The notes under the pieces were generated by a model. It had not been told where the DNA came from and searched no databases. It saw only the letters and a program-made list of their open reading frames with translations. From a virus (taxonomy: Duplodnaviria > Caudoviricetes): 64,000 bases of DNA. The position numbers were made by a program, and so were the translations under genes. This document shows positions 38,268 to 48,031 of this stretch, piece after piece (position 1 is the stretch's first letter; the number at the start of each line of letters is the position of its first letter). The stretch lies in the IMG/VR virus record IMGVR_UViG_2791355221_000001, positions 1-64,000 of that record; one strand, given 5' to 3'.

Positions 38268-40889
38268 TTATATCAATATCGCTCCGTATTGTTTAAATAC
38301 AGCAAGTGTATCAATAAACAACCATGTAACTCCACCATCCGAAGACATTCCAGATGTGTGACTTGGTGGTGTTGAGCCACTTGTGCCAGCTACGGTACAA
38401 GAATATACTTTTCCATTGGATTTGACAATTTGCCCAACCGTATAAGCAGTTGCTGCAATCCAACCAGTTGAACTAGCTGTTCCTGTTGTTAAACAAACCC
38501 AACCCACGTATCCCCCAGAAGTCGGAGCTACGTTATTAATCGTCTGTCCTACTCGAAAATAGCCAGATGAAGGTTCTGCTTTGTTTTCAATAAGAGGATC
38601 ATATCCAATAAAATATCCAGCATCTTCTGCAGGTAATGTCATATTAAGAAATTTATTGCTGGCTGATATAAATTCCTTCATTGTGCCTTTATGACTATAA
38701 TATACAAAAGCAAGATTAGGTGATCCAGTATAACTCAAGTTAGATCTTTTGATGGAAAAAGAGAGAGTTGATGGTACAACTGTGTAATTATTTTTAATCA
38801 GATATTGAAATCCAGTAGTGTTAGAGATCTCGATATTGGATCTCTCAAGCTCAATAATACCATAACCATTAGACGTGTTGATTTGAGGATCACCAAGAAA
38901 ATTAATGGTTTTAATAAATATATCTGAATCTGTTACATTTATAGAGGGGTTCTCGGAAGTATTTAAATTTGCTACCCGTAATGTAGTGTCTGTGAGTTTG
39001 CATTTACTAACAAGAAGTTTAACTGCTTTAGTAGCAACGTTAGATTCCAGAATACAATTCGAAAATTTGCAGTCATTTATTGTAACCTTTTCTCTCTTGC
39101 TTGGGTCGCGACCATAAATCCTTAAATTTGCCAATGAAAAAGAGCAATTAATTAATGTATAACTATTAATTGTAACTATCTTTTGATTTGTTCCCCTTAC
39201 ATCTAAAGTGCAACCTTCCATTCGATTTACAGATATGGTTGGAAAACCCGAATAATAACTATTGTATTTGAAATGATTATTTCTGAAAACGTGCATATCG
39301 TTGTCATTCAGCGACATGAAGAAATTACCAACGTCAATCAAAGTATTCTTTTCAGCAACTACATGATAACCACCATCGCCAACCCAATTACCTGCATTAC
39401 CGCCTACAATTGTATTGCTACTTATCTCGACATGCGCATTTGAGAAATGAGCTCCCATTAGACCAATAGCGGCAGTAGATTTCCATATAAAGTTGTTTGT
39501 AACTACACCTCTTAGCATAGTGTAGAGATTAATCCCAACATTTCCTGCGTTATATATACGATTGTTTTCGATAGTTGCATTGTAGATACCACATAGAATT
39601 CCGCAGAAACAACCATATATCAGATTATTTCGAATTGTAATTGCATCTCCGAAGAAATCTTCTTGATTAATAGCATAGCGTGTAGGATCATTGAAAAGTG
39701 GTTTACCGTAAATATCTAAACCATTTGCAAGTGGTGTGCCAATATCATGAATAGTGTTATATTGTATGATATTTTCACTACCACCGGGCTGTATCCCTCC
39801 ACGATGATTACCATAAATCTCATTCCACTCAACTAAGTTATGATGTGGATTTAATCCGAATTTCAGATGTATGGCTAGTTGAGATGATATTGTGCGAGTT
39901 GCATCAATTTCTTCATAGAACAAAAACCTATACTTTGCTGCTCCCGAAGGAATAGTCATTGGAGTATAAATTTTTTGATTCTGAATAGACGTAATGAATG
40001 TGTTGTCAGCTCTGTAATAGTAGACCCCAACATCTTTTGTAATTAGTCCTGTCGGTCGTGTGAATCCTTGACCAGTTATTGAAAATACATTAAAAATTCC
40101 AGTAGGAATGGAAATCATTTGAGTGACCAATGTATTTCCCGTTGCTGCCATTACCGCACCAGTATTTTTATCAAGATCATTCACTGTCAAAATTAATCCA
40201 AATTCAGCATATTCAGCAGGAGCAGTAGGCTTAAATCCAATGGAATCTCCCATAAAATGCGCAATCTCACAATGATTAACCGAACAATGACTCGATCCCA
40301 TCGTAAATTGAACTCCTGTTGTCCACTCAATTGCTCTTTCAGAAGGATTTGTAAAACTTCTGTGCAACCTTTCCCCAAAAATCTTTCCATTTATAATGTG
40401 AGAATTATGAGCTGATACAAACACAAAGCTTTGAGCAGGGGAAGGCCATGCCCAAAAGTTTGATGATCCCGATACAGTATCAAATGGGGATTTAGAGTCT
40501 GAAGAGTACAATACCTGAAAAGTTGAACCATTTAAGTCAAGTGTCATATAATCTTTATCGATAACTATTTCTCTAGGATAGCAAATTGCGTACGAACCAG
40601 TGGGCATAACGATATGCCTATAGCCATTACTATAAGCCCACTGTATTGCATTATTAATACCTTGTATATTATTGTCTGCTGTAATGTAATGAGCATTAAC
40701 CCAAGGTTTAGCAGGTATTCCTTGGGTTATTCCCCATCGAGAAAGCTCTACGAGATAAGAAATAGCGCTTCGCCCAGTTAAGGAATTTAAAAAGTCTTGT
40801 AACGTTCCGTTGTTTCCCACATCTAACCAAAGTTCATAAGCACTCTTCCCATTAACTCCTGCTATATCAGATGGTTTCTTAACAATCAC
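38268..40889 (-). CDS. Right-handed beta-helix (pectate-lyase-like) protein with C-terminal carbohydrate-binding-like module
   Basis: INNAIQWA...G.....P.G.Y, many I.NN.I beta-helix rungs, W.A.TAYTVG..V...G.VY.C.VAGTSG. Confidence 0.75.
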   Translation of the reverse strand: MIVKKPSDIAGVNGKSAYELWLDVGNNGTLQDFLNSLTGRSAISYLVELSRWGITQGIPAKPWVNAHYITADNNIQGINNAIQWAYSNGYRHIVMPTGSYAICYPREIVIDKDYMTLDLNGSTFQVLYSSDSKSPFDTVSGSSNFWAWPSPAQSFVFVSAHNSHIINGKIFGERLHRSFTNPSERAIEWTTGVQFTMGSSHCSVNHCEIAHFMGDSIGFKPTAPAEYAEFGLILTVNDLDKNTGAVMAATGNTLVTQMISIPTGIFNVFSITGQGFTRPTGLITKDVGVYYYRADNTFITSIQNQKIYTPMTIPSGAAKYRFLFYEEIDATRTISSQLAIHLKFGLNPHHNLVEWNEIYGNHRGGIQPGGSENIIQYNTIHDIGTPLANGLDIYGKPLFNDPTRYAINQEDFFGDAITIRNNLIYGCFCGILCGIYNATIENNRIYNAGNVGINLYTMLRGVVTNNFIWKSTAAIGLMGAHFSNAHVEISSNTIVGGNAGNWVGDGGYHVVAEKNTLIDVGNFFMSLNDNDMHVFRNNHFKYNSYYSGFPTISVNRMEGCTLDVRGTNQKIVTINSYTLINCSFSLANLRIYGRDPSKREKVTINDCKFSNCILESNVATKAVKLLVSKCKLTDTTLRVANLNTSENPSINVTDSDIFIKTINFLGDPQINTSNGYGIIELERSNIEISNTTGFQYLIKNNYTVVPSTLSFSIKRSNLSYTGSPNLAFVYYSHKGTMKEFISASNKFLNMTLPAEDAGYFIGYDPLIENKAEPSSGYFRVGQTINNVAPTSGGYVGWVCLTTGTASSTGWIAATAYTVGQIVKSNGKVYSCTVAGTSGSTPPSHTSGMSSDGGVTWLFIDTLAVFKQYGAILI

Positions 40890-40908
40890 TGTCCATCATC
40901 CCACCCCT

Positions 40909-41952
40909 TTATAATCCGTAATACTGCCTTAAAGCTCCACATACTAAGGTTCCAACACGTTTTGTTCCTTCGGATGTCCAGTGTAATCCATCCGTTAAGT
41001 AAGTTTGCTGGTTTTTCTCGTTGTATCCCATATTATTATACATGTCGATCACAGGCAGGTTGTATGCCTGACCGATAGACTTGACGTTATCACCTATGTC
41101 TCTGAGAGCTGTTCTCAAGGTTGTGCCTGTTGTATCAGTCCATGCTCTCGGTGGAGTCATTAAGACGATTCTCAGCTTAGGGATTCTAGTCAGCAAACCT
41201 TCTATGAGCGTTTGGTAGGCACCAAAATAGGTGTTGGTATCAAATGTTGATCCTACTGGTTGAAGTGTACCACGAGTAGCAGATTCGTCATTTGTACCAC
41301 CCATGATAGTAACGAGATCAGTTGTTGTAGTTACAGTATCTTTATCCAACCACATACCTGAAGCACCTGACATTCTCTTTCCCGACACTGCCAGATTAGT
41401 AACGATTGGAATGTAATATTGCTCTCTGACGTTATTCCACCATGAGTTACCCTGAGTTAAACTGTCTCCAATCAGTGTCCATTCCCCGATGCTCAGATCT
41501 GTTCGGTTAAATATAGTTCCACCTCTTACCCCAATTTGGTTAAGCGGGTAGGAAAATGGAAAGACGTTGTTGTTCATGATTCCGAATGCCACGTAGCCTG
41601 CATAAGCTGCAATGTTTGCCGATGTTACTAACTCTATCGTGTTTGCATTGTAACAGACATAATAGAAGGTAGTAATTCCCATCTCAGCAGTAAAAGGCTT
41701 AGTTCCAGCATTTAACGTTAAGGAAACAGTTGGTGTCCACATGTTATAGGTTGTGAATGATATGGTCTTAGCTGTGAAATCTACTGCAAATTTTACGTTT
41801 CCACCAACGATCAGCTTTGTGGGTGTACTGTTACTTCCACCACCAATTGCTGACCCGTTGAAGGTCATGGATCCTCCACTCTCGCCAATCTTGTCCAAAG
41901 TGGTCTTATTAAATGGAACATAGCTTGACCCGCTAGGTTTTTCAATGGTCAT
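40909..41952 (-). CDS. SGNH/GDSL hydrolase
   Basis: IGDSLT, AVSG, MGGTND, DGLHW blocks. Confidence 0.88.
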   Translation of the reverse strand: MTIEKPSGSSYVPFNKTTLDKIGESGGSMTFNGSAIGGGSNSTPTKLIVGGNVKFAVDFTAKTISFTTYNMWTPTVSLTLNAGTKPFTAEMGITTFYYVCYNANTIELVTSANIAAYAGYVAFGIMNNNVFPFSYPLNQIGVRGGTIFNRTDLSIGEWTLIGDSLTQGNSWWNNVREQYYIPIVTNLAVSGKRMSGASGMWLDKDTVTTTTDLVTIMGGTNDESATRGTLQPVGSTFDTNTYFGAYQTLIEGLLTRIPKLRIVLMTPPRAWTDTTGTTLRTALRDIGDNVKSIGQAYNLPVIDMYNNMGYNEKNQQTYLTDGLHWTSEGTKRVGTLVCGALRQYYGL

Positions 41953-41964
41953 TTGTCATACCTC

Positions 41965-44040
41965 CTACTTTAAGGCGTTATAGTTTTGAGTTAACTCTGC
42001 GGTAGTTAATACTCTGTTGTAATATCCCATATTTTTAAACAGAGGTTGAGTACCTAAGCTGTTTTGACCGAACATTAAAGGGGATGTAGATCCGTCTACA
42101 TAGAAATCTGATGTAATGTTGGACACTGAATGAGCCAAAACATTATCAACGTAAATGTAAATCTTGGTTGCATCTCTCATTACTACCACATGGTGATAGG
42201 AATTGAAATCCGTCTGAGCCGTTGGATCTACAGCTGCTGGATAATTAGCTGATCCAGCTCCTTGCCCTATTTTCCCAGTTAAGGTACATTGAAAGTGGTT
42301 ATCATAAGTGTATTCAAATCTTACAGCTGTGGGGGATACCCTACTAAATAGATGGGTTGCTGCTCCTGCTACAGGTTTGATCGTAGCAAATACAGTCCAT
42401 TGATCAGCGTTGTGGAAATAGGTGTCAGGACTTGGAATAGTTTGCTTAGTAACTGGATTATCCTGATACAGAATCAATGAAGCATCATTTATTTTACCAG
42501 CTGGCGCCGCCGATGGGGTACCATTAACAACTGCACTTTGAGTAGACTCTCCAGCTCCATTTACTGCAGACACTTTATAAGCATAAGAAGTCCCGTTAGT
42601 AAGCCCCGTATCTGTGAGTCCATTTGTTGATGGTGCGCCAATTGATGTACCATCTCGATACAGTTTGTAGGAGGTTGCCCCTGACGAAACATTCCATGTT
42701 ACCACGTTTTTAGCATCGCCAGAAACAACGGTCAAACCTGTAGGAGTTGCTGGAATTGCCAGTAGAGGAGTTGAGTTAATAGCAGAAGACTGAGCCGATT
42801 CTCCAGCACTATTCACAGCGGAAACAGTGTAAGAATAAGCCGTTCCATTTATGAGACCATTATCTGTAATAGTGTTTGTAGCTGGGTTGGAAACCTTAGT
42901 TCCACCGCGGTATACATTATATGATGTTGCACCACTGACGGCTGTCCAGTTAAGTGTGACCTGACCATTCCCTGCCGTGGCAGTAAGTCCAGTTGGAACC
43001 AAAGGAATGGTAACGGCTACAGGAGCACCTTTCACATAACATCTAAATGCCACAGTAGTAGCAATGGTGATTGCTGTAAATGAGTCGAATCTGTTTTCTA
43101 CTACTTCTCCAGATGAAACAGCGATTGTGTTTCCATTAATAGTATAAGTTAAAGAGCTTGTTCCATCATTGGATACAACAACTCCAAACGAGGATGGAAT
43201 CGCTCTATTGGTCACAGTAGTTGATCCAATGAAGCAATCTTTGATGACAGCAGTAGCAGCAGCAGTACCAACTCCCGCTCTTGCCTCAAATGTACTGGAT
43301 GCTGTTATAGTAACTTGTGTGAATTCATCAAAATGGTCGAGAAACTTTTCTAATGGTTTAATGGGAATGACTATTCCATTAACCGAAATAGTTAAATCTG
43401 ACGTACCTGTATTATTCACATATAACTGATCTGCCTTTTGGGATAGGGTTTTAGTTCCCGTAACCGTCCATGTATCCCTGACGATGAACGTACTAAGGTT
43501 TAAACTACCTGAACCACCACTTCCAGAAAGGCCTTGAACTCCCTGTAATCCTTGGATACCTTGTTCACCTTTTAATCCTTGAATACCCTGAATCCCTTGA
43601 ATCCCCTGATCTCCTTTAAGTCCTTGGATACCTTGGTCGCCTTTTTGCCCCTGAATACCTTGTGAACCTATAGCACCCTGAATTCCTTGCGCTCCCTTTA
43701 AAGAATCAATAAATTGTTGAGGTGTTCCTGTATTTCCTAAATCTAGCCAGACTTGATATGCACTTTTGCCAGACGCACCACTAGAACCGCTACCGCCTAC
43801 TAATACCCATAAAGATCCACTGTACATTTTAAATGAGTATGGCTCAGATGCTGTGTCAATCCACAAATCGTAGGTTTTAGGTGAAGTTGGAGGAGTAGGT
43901 TGTTTAGGAATTTCTTTTTCTTTTTTTGATATTAAAATATCTAGTAAATCCATATTCTCACCAACAAATACTCTCAAATCTGCACTATCTGAACTAACTG
44001 GTTTTTTAAATCCTAGAGGAGTGAGTTCCAAATTATTCAC
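41965..44040 (-). CDS. Fibre-like protein: anchor, collagen repeat, two tandem beta domains, two FN3, LamG
   Basis: ~19 G-X-Q/K triplets; two P.GLT...G.....W..VSGATSY..YR FN3 repeats; HHVVVMRD...IYIYVDN LamG. Confidence 0.85.
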   Translation of the reverse strand: MNNLELTPLGFKKPVSSDSADLRVFVGENMDLLDILISKKEKEIPKQPTPPTSPKTYDLWIDTASEPYSFKMYSGSLWVLVGGSGSSGASGKSAYQVWLDLGNTGTPQQFIDSLKGAQGIQGAIGSQGIQGQKGDQGIQGLKGDQGIQGIQGIQGLKGEQGIQGLQGVQGLSGSGGSGSLNLSTFIVRDTWTVTGTKTLSQKADQLYVNNTGTSDLTISVNGIVIPIKPLEKFLDHFDEFTQVTITASSTFEARAGVGTAAATAVIKDCFIGSTTVTNRAIPSSFGVVVSNDGTSSLTYTINGNTIAVSSGEVVENRFDSFTAITIATTVAFRCYVKGAPVAVTIPLVPTGLTATAGNGQVTLNWTAVSGATSYNVYRGGTKVSNPATNTITDNGLINGTAYSYTVSAVNSAGESAQSSAINSTPLLAIPATPTGLTVVSGDAKNVVTWNVSSGATSYKLYRDGTSIGAPSTNGLTDTGLTNGTSYAYKVSAVNGAGESTQSAVVNGTPSAAPAGKINDASLILYQDNPVTKQTIPSPDTYFHNADQWTVFATIKPVAGAATHLFSRVSPTAVRFEYTYDNHFQCTLTGKIGQGAGSANYPAAVDPTAQTDFNSYHHVVVMRDATKIYIYVDNVLAHSVSNITSDFYVDGSTSPLMFGQNSLGTQPLFKNMGYYNRVLTTAELTQNYNALK

Positions 44041-44143
44041 ATCTTTCTATTTTTATTTTAATGAGAACCCCTTATAAAATTTCCGAAATATCGATTACTT
44101 TAGAAGAGGCTCTCTTTTTTGAGAAGCCTATAAAATTACACTT

Positions 44144-44425
44144 TTATTTGATAAACCCAATTGTATTTCTGAGGTATTCTTCCTCATCTAGCAAATTCTC
44201 ATCTTCGTCTTGTTTATCACTTAAAAAGCCAATAGCAGGTGACAGGTTGCCACCTTGATCAGCAATCTCTTGATAATCTAGAGACATAAGATTAGTATCA
44301 ATTTGAATTGAAGTACTCTTTCTAGCTGCGCATTGGCTAATAAGTTCAAGCAACATATCACACAATGGAAGCACATATCTATCCGCGACTACTCCTACAA
44401 TTAAACCAATAATTAAAAATCCCAT
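44144..44425 (-). CDS. Small membrane protein
   Basis: N-terminal TM, acidic tail; SD AGGAGGG. Confidence 0.55.
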   Translation of the reverse strand: MGFLIIGLIVGVVADRYVLPLCDMLLELISQCAARKSTSIQIDTNLMSLDYQEIADQGGNLSPAIGFLSDKQDEDENLLDEEEYLRNTIGFIK

Positions 44426-44485
44426 AAATTATCCCTCCTGAATATAGAAGGGTAGAGGTCTGCCATTAACGGCATACATGCCATC

Positions 44486-44722
44486 TTAATATTTCAATTT
44501 GTAGTCCATTAATTCAGCCAAACTTTGAATAAGGTGAACAAACACTTTCTTAGTGTTTAACTCTTCAGCTTCTTCAACAATCATCTTTAATGCTGCGCGA
44601 ACTTCTGTAGATGATTTGCATTCATTAATTATTTCCACATAAACGTCAACAAGACTCTCATACTCATCAATTAAGTCAGGTAAGAGGATAACATTTATTG
44701 GGATATTATGGCCATTAGGCAT
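44486..44722 (-). CDS. Hypothetical protein
   Basis: Operon context. Confidence 0.45.
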   Translation of the reverse strand: MPNGHNIPINVILLPDLIDEYESLVDVYVEIINECKSSTEVRAALKMIVEEAEELNTKKVFVHLIQSLAELMDYKLKY

Positions 44723-44726
44723 ATCA

Positions 44727-45923
44727 TCACTTCACTTTAATGTCATATGAGCATTCAATATTTGACCCATCTAAAATCAAGAATTTCTGCATAGGTTCAG
44801 CATAGAAACGTTTAGAGATTGCATAATCATCTACGCCCATTAAACTGCCCGAAACAATATGTGTTGTACGTCCATGTTCTTTTACATGGTTATGGTGAAT
44901 GTGTCCTGAAAACAAGAATTTAGGTATAATACCAAGCATTTGCGGCAATGTTTTCGCAGCAGAACTTACATAATCCAAATCTCCATGAACATAAACAAAC
45001 TTTTCACCTTCAACCTCATCGATATAATATCCGTCTGCGTCAATTAAGATTTCAACATTCTTAAAATCCTTCAACCGAGACTCTAGATACCAAGGAACTA
45101 ACTTTTCAAAGTTTTCCTTCATTACAGACTCAGTTTTATTTCCGATTGTTCTAGCATGATTTCCACAGATGTTAATCACTTTGACTGTATTAAAAATGCC
45201 AGAGAATTTAGCAGTCATTTCTGCCAATACCTCTGACACTACTTGAGTTTGTCTAATGACATCTTCAGATGCTTGAACACGAGAAGAAACATGTATCAGC
45301 CCATTAACTTGATCTCCTAGATTAGCAAGAACTAAGTCTGTTACATTATTACGTTCGGCATATGTAAGTGCTTTTGTTGTCAACTGTTCAACTCTAGAGC
45401 GAAACACAGAAGGATTGTATGTATTGAGGCTATTACTAAAATCGGCTCCATAGTGCCAGTCACTTACCAATAAAACAGCTTTTTTCCCTTTATTGACTAT
45501 AGAAGGGAAGGGAGGGGTCTGAAAATTTAGTGGTTTTTCATTCTTCAAGCTTGCTATAGATTTGTCGATTTCATTCTTCAAATGTTCAAATCGTGCCTGT
45601 GCTCTCACAGCATTGGTACGCTCACGTTTTTGATCTCTAAATTGCCAAGTCTTTTTCTCAAGTTCGAGTGTCTTATCTTCGATTTCTTGCAAATACTCAT
45701 TATTGCTTAGTTGAGACTTACTATATTCGACACCACTTTGAAAATTAGTAAACCATTTGCGATATGTAGATTCAGTCCAATTTGCTTCAAACTCTTTATT
45801 AAGGAGATTGGCTACATCATACCAAGTTTCAATGCCGAGCAATTCGCGGTCACGACAGATTCTGTATTTGTAGTCAATTGGAGACTCATTTTGCTTTCGT
45901 TTGACGTCGGAAGGAGAAGTCAT
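44727..45923 (-). CDS. Calcineurin-like metallophosphoesterase/nuclease (YonJ-like)
   Basis: SDWHYG, LGDQVNG, CGNH, VHGD, GHIH. Confidence 0.85.
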   Translation of the reverse strand: MTSPSDVKRKQNESPIDYKYRICRDRELLGIETWYDVANLLNKEFEANWTESTYRKWFTNFQSGVEYSKSQLSNNEYLQEIEDKTLELEKKTWQFRDQKRERTNAVRAQARFEHLKNEIDKSIASLKNEKPLNFQTPPFPSIVNKGKKAVLLVSDWHYGADFSNSLNTYNPSVFRSRVEQLTTKALTYAERNNVTDLVLANLGDQVNGLIHVSSRVQASEDVIRQTQVVSEVLAEMTAKFSGIFNTVKVINICGNHARTIGNKTESVMKENFEKLVPWYLESRLKDFKNVEILIDADGYYIDEVEGEKFVYVHGDLDYVSSAAKTLPQMLGIIPKFLFSGHIHHNHVKEHGRTTHIVSGSLMGVDDYAISKRFYAEPMQKFLILDGSNIECSYDIKVK

Positions 45924-45928
45924 TCAAA

Positions 45929-46129
45929 TTACTCCTCCTCACCATCTGATTCTAATGGTTTAATAGATGTATCTTCTTTAAGTGAGAAGGTTGCTTCTTT
46001 ACCATCGTATTCACGCAATGCTTCAAGAACACTATAAACAAAAATCCCATCTTTCGTTTCTTCGGTGATAGTCATATTATCGACATCAAGTAAACCTTTG
46101 AATGAAACCGAATTATTTCTTTTAGCCAT
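45929..46129 (-). CDS. yonK: YonK-family protein
   Basis: MAKRNNSVSFKG.LD...M.ITE.TKD....Y.....L.EYDGK pattern; next to the YonJ-like gene. Confidence 0.75.
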   Translation of the reverse strand: MAKRNNSVSFKGLLDVDNMTITEETKDGIFVYSVLEALREYDGKEATFSLKEDTSIKPLESDGEEE

Positions 46130-46164
46130 TTATAAAACATCTCCCTAAAATTATTTTTATTTTT

Positions 46165-47487
46165 TTAAAGCATATCCGCGCAAAGTTGAGCGAGAGTAGA
46201 TCTTTCGCCTTTACTTAATGTCATATGTCCTGCTTCTTTTACTTCCTTCATGGTTTCAATAATGTGTGTTAGCCCGTTGGAAAACTTGTCTAAATAAGGC
46301 GAATCAATTTGGTCAGGGTCGCCTAAGAGTACGATTTTACTGCCCTCACCAATACGAGTTGCGATAGTTTTAACTTCATGCTTATTTAGATTTTGTGCCT
46401 CGTCAATAATAATGAACTGATTGGGAATACTGCGTCCGCGAATATATGTTAGTGCTTCAACTTTAATAACATCCTCATATCCTGTGAGGGTTTTATTTAA
46501 CTCAGCCTCACTTTTGCAATTGAACAAATGCTCTAAGTTATCATAAATGGGTTGCATCCATGGACGAAGTTTTTCCTCTTTTTCGCCGGGCAAATATCCA
46601 ATGTCCTTGCCCATTGGCACGACAGGACGCGCTACAAGGATTCGTGTGTACTTACGATCATCTAATGTCTTTTTAAGCGCAACAGCTAACGCAATAAGGG
46701 TTTTACCCGTACCTGCCTTGCCAGACAGCGTAACTAGAGGAACAGAGTCATCAAGCAATAGTTCCAAAGCCAGTCTTTGTTCAACATTACGAGCATTAAT
46801 CCCAAAGACTTGTTCTTTCTCACTATAGTTGTAGAGAGGAGTCAATTTATTCTTAATCTTTCTGCAAAGAGCACTTTTCCGTTCATCAAATGATTTTAAA
46901 ATGAATGAATGATTTTCTGGAAAGTCCTTAAACTCCTTGCTGGCTTTCACCGATTTATCATTATAGAATCCGTCAATGATTTCATCTTCTACATATAGTG
47001 TGCTGAGTCCCTTATATAGCTCATCTTCTGAAGAAACAACTTTATCATGTTGATAATCCTCAGCCCTAACTGAAACAATATCCGATTTAATGCGAACCAA
47101 TGTGTCTTTTGATACCATGATTACTTCTGCATCTGGATTGTCTTCTTTTAGTTGGTGAGCTACTGCAATAATTGCGTTGTCATTTTTATCATCTAAAAAT
47201 GTTTCGAATACTACAGAGTCAGGTTTATGGATTACAACTTTAAGAGTTCCACCATTATCAAGAAAGACACCTTCATGCAACATTCCTCGCTCACGTAGTT
47301 TGTCTAACTCTCGGGAAAAGTGTCTTGCATTCAGTCCAATGCCATCCATCAGTTTCTTTTTACTATCTACTTCCTCCAATAAGACAGAAGGGAGAACTAC
47401 ATCGTGTTCGCCAAATGAGTACATACCTAGTGCGTCATTTAGGATGACATTCGTGTCTAAAACATAAATTTTTCTTCTCATAGGCAA
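46165..47487 (-). CDS. PIN-PhoH fusion protein (PhoH2/YlaK-like)
   Basis: YVLDTNV, NDNAII, VSKD..VR PIN motifs; G.AGTGKT, YIRGRSI, IIDEAQN, GDPDQID. Confidence 0.92.
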   Translation of the reverse strand: MPMRRKIYVLDTNVILNDALGMYSFGEHDVVLPSVLLEEVDSKKKLMDGIGLNARHFSRELDKLRERGMLHEGVFLDNGGTLKVVIHKPDSVVFETFLDDKNDNAIIAVAHQLKEDNPDAEVIMVSKDTLVRIKSDIVSVRAEDYQHDKVVSSEDELYKGLSTLYVEDEIIDGFYNDKSVKASKEFKDFPENHSFILKSFDERKSALCRKIKNKLTPLYNYSEKEQVFGINARNVEQRLALELLLDDSVPLVTLSGKAGTGKTLIALAVALKKTLDDRKYTRILVARPVVPMGKDIGYLPGEKEEKLRPWMQPIYDNLEHLFNCKSEAELNKTLTGYEDVIKVEALTYIRGRSIPNQFIIIDEAQNLNKHEVKTIATRIGEGSKIVLLGDPDQIDSPYLDKFSNGLTHIIETMKEVKEAGHMTLSKGERSTLAQLCADML

Positions 47488-47598
47488 TTACCTCTCAGGT
47501 AAATAGAATGGGGAGGAGAGCAACCACTTTTAAGTGATCGCCCTCTTGGGTTTGCCCTATCAGTGGGCTTGAATATGTACAATAGAAGGAATGATTTA

Positions 47599-47874
47599 TT
47601 ATTTATTTACCGCGTCTTTGACTGCTTTTGCTGGTTTCCATGCAGCATTTTTACTTTCAGGAATTTCGATTTCTGCTCCTGATTGAGGGTTTCGCCCTTT
47701 ACGAGCACTACGTTTACGTGTTTCGAAATTTCCGAAACCAACAAGTTTTACAGAATCGCCAGATGCTAAAGTCTCAGTAATGACTTCCAAGGTTGTTTCT
47801 AGTGCAAGCGTAACATCTTTTTTAGTCATGTCTGTTTTTTCTACTACTACATTGATAAGTTCGGATTTGTTCAT
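47599..47874 (-). CDS. hup: HU histone-like DNA-binding protein (YonN-like)
   Basis: MNKSELI, GFGNFE.R.R.ARKGRNPQSG. Confidence 0.95.
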   Translation of the reverse strand: MNKSELINVVVEKTDMTKKDVTLALETTLEVITETLASGDSVKLVGFGNFETRKRSARKGRNPQSGAEIEIPESKNAAWKPAKAVKDAVNK

Positions 47875-48031
47875 TTTAATATCTCCCTTTGGATTGTTTT
47901 ATTTTGTATTTTTCGTATTTCAGTTAAATACTATATGATATTAATAAACCATGTAGCATCACTATCATATGGCAATGATTGTAGATAGCTGAAAACCTAG
48001 TGTTTATAAGGTATTTTTTATTATTTTTACT

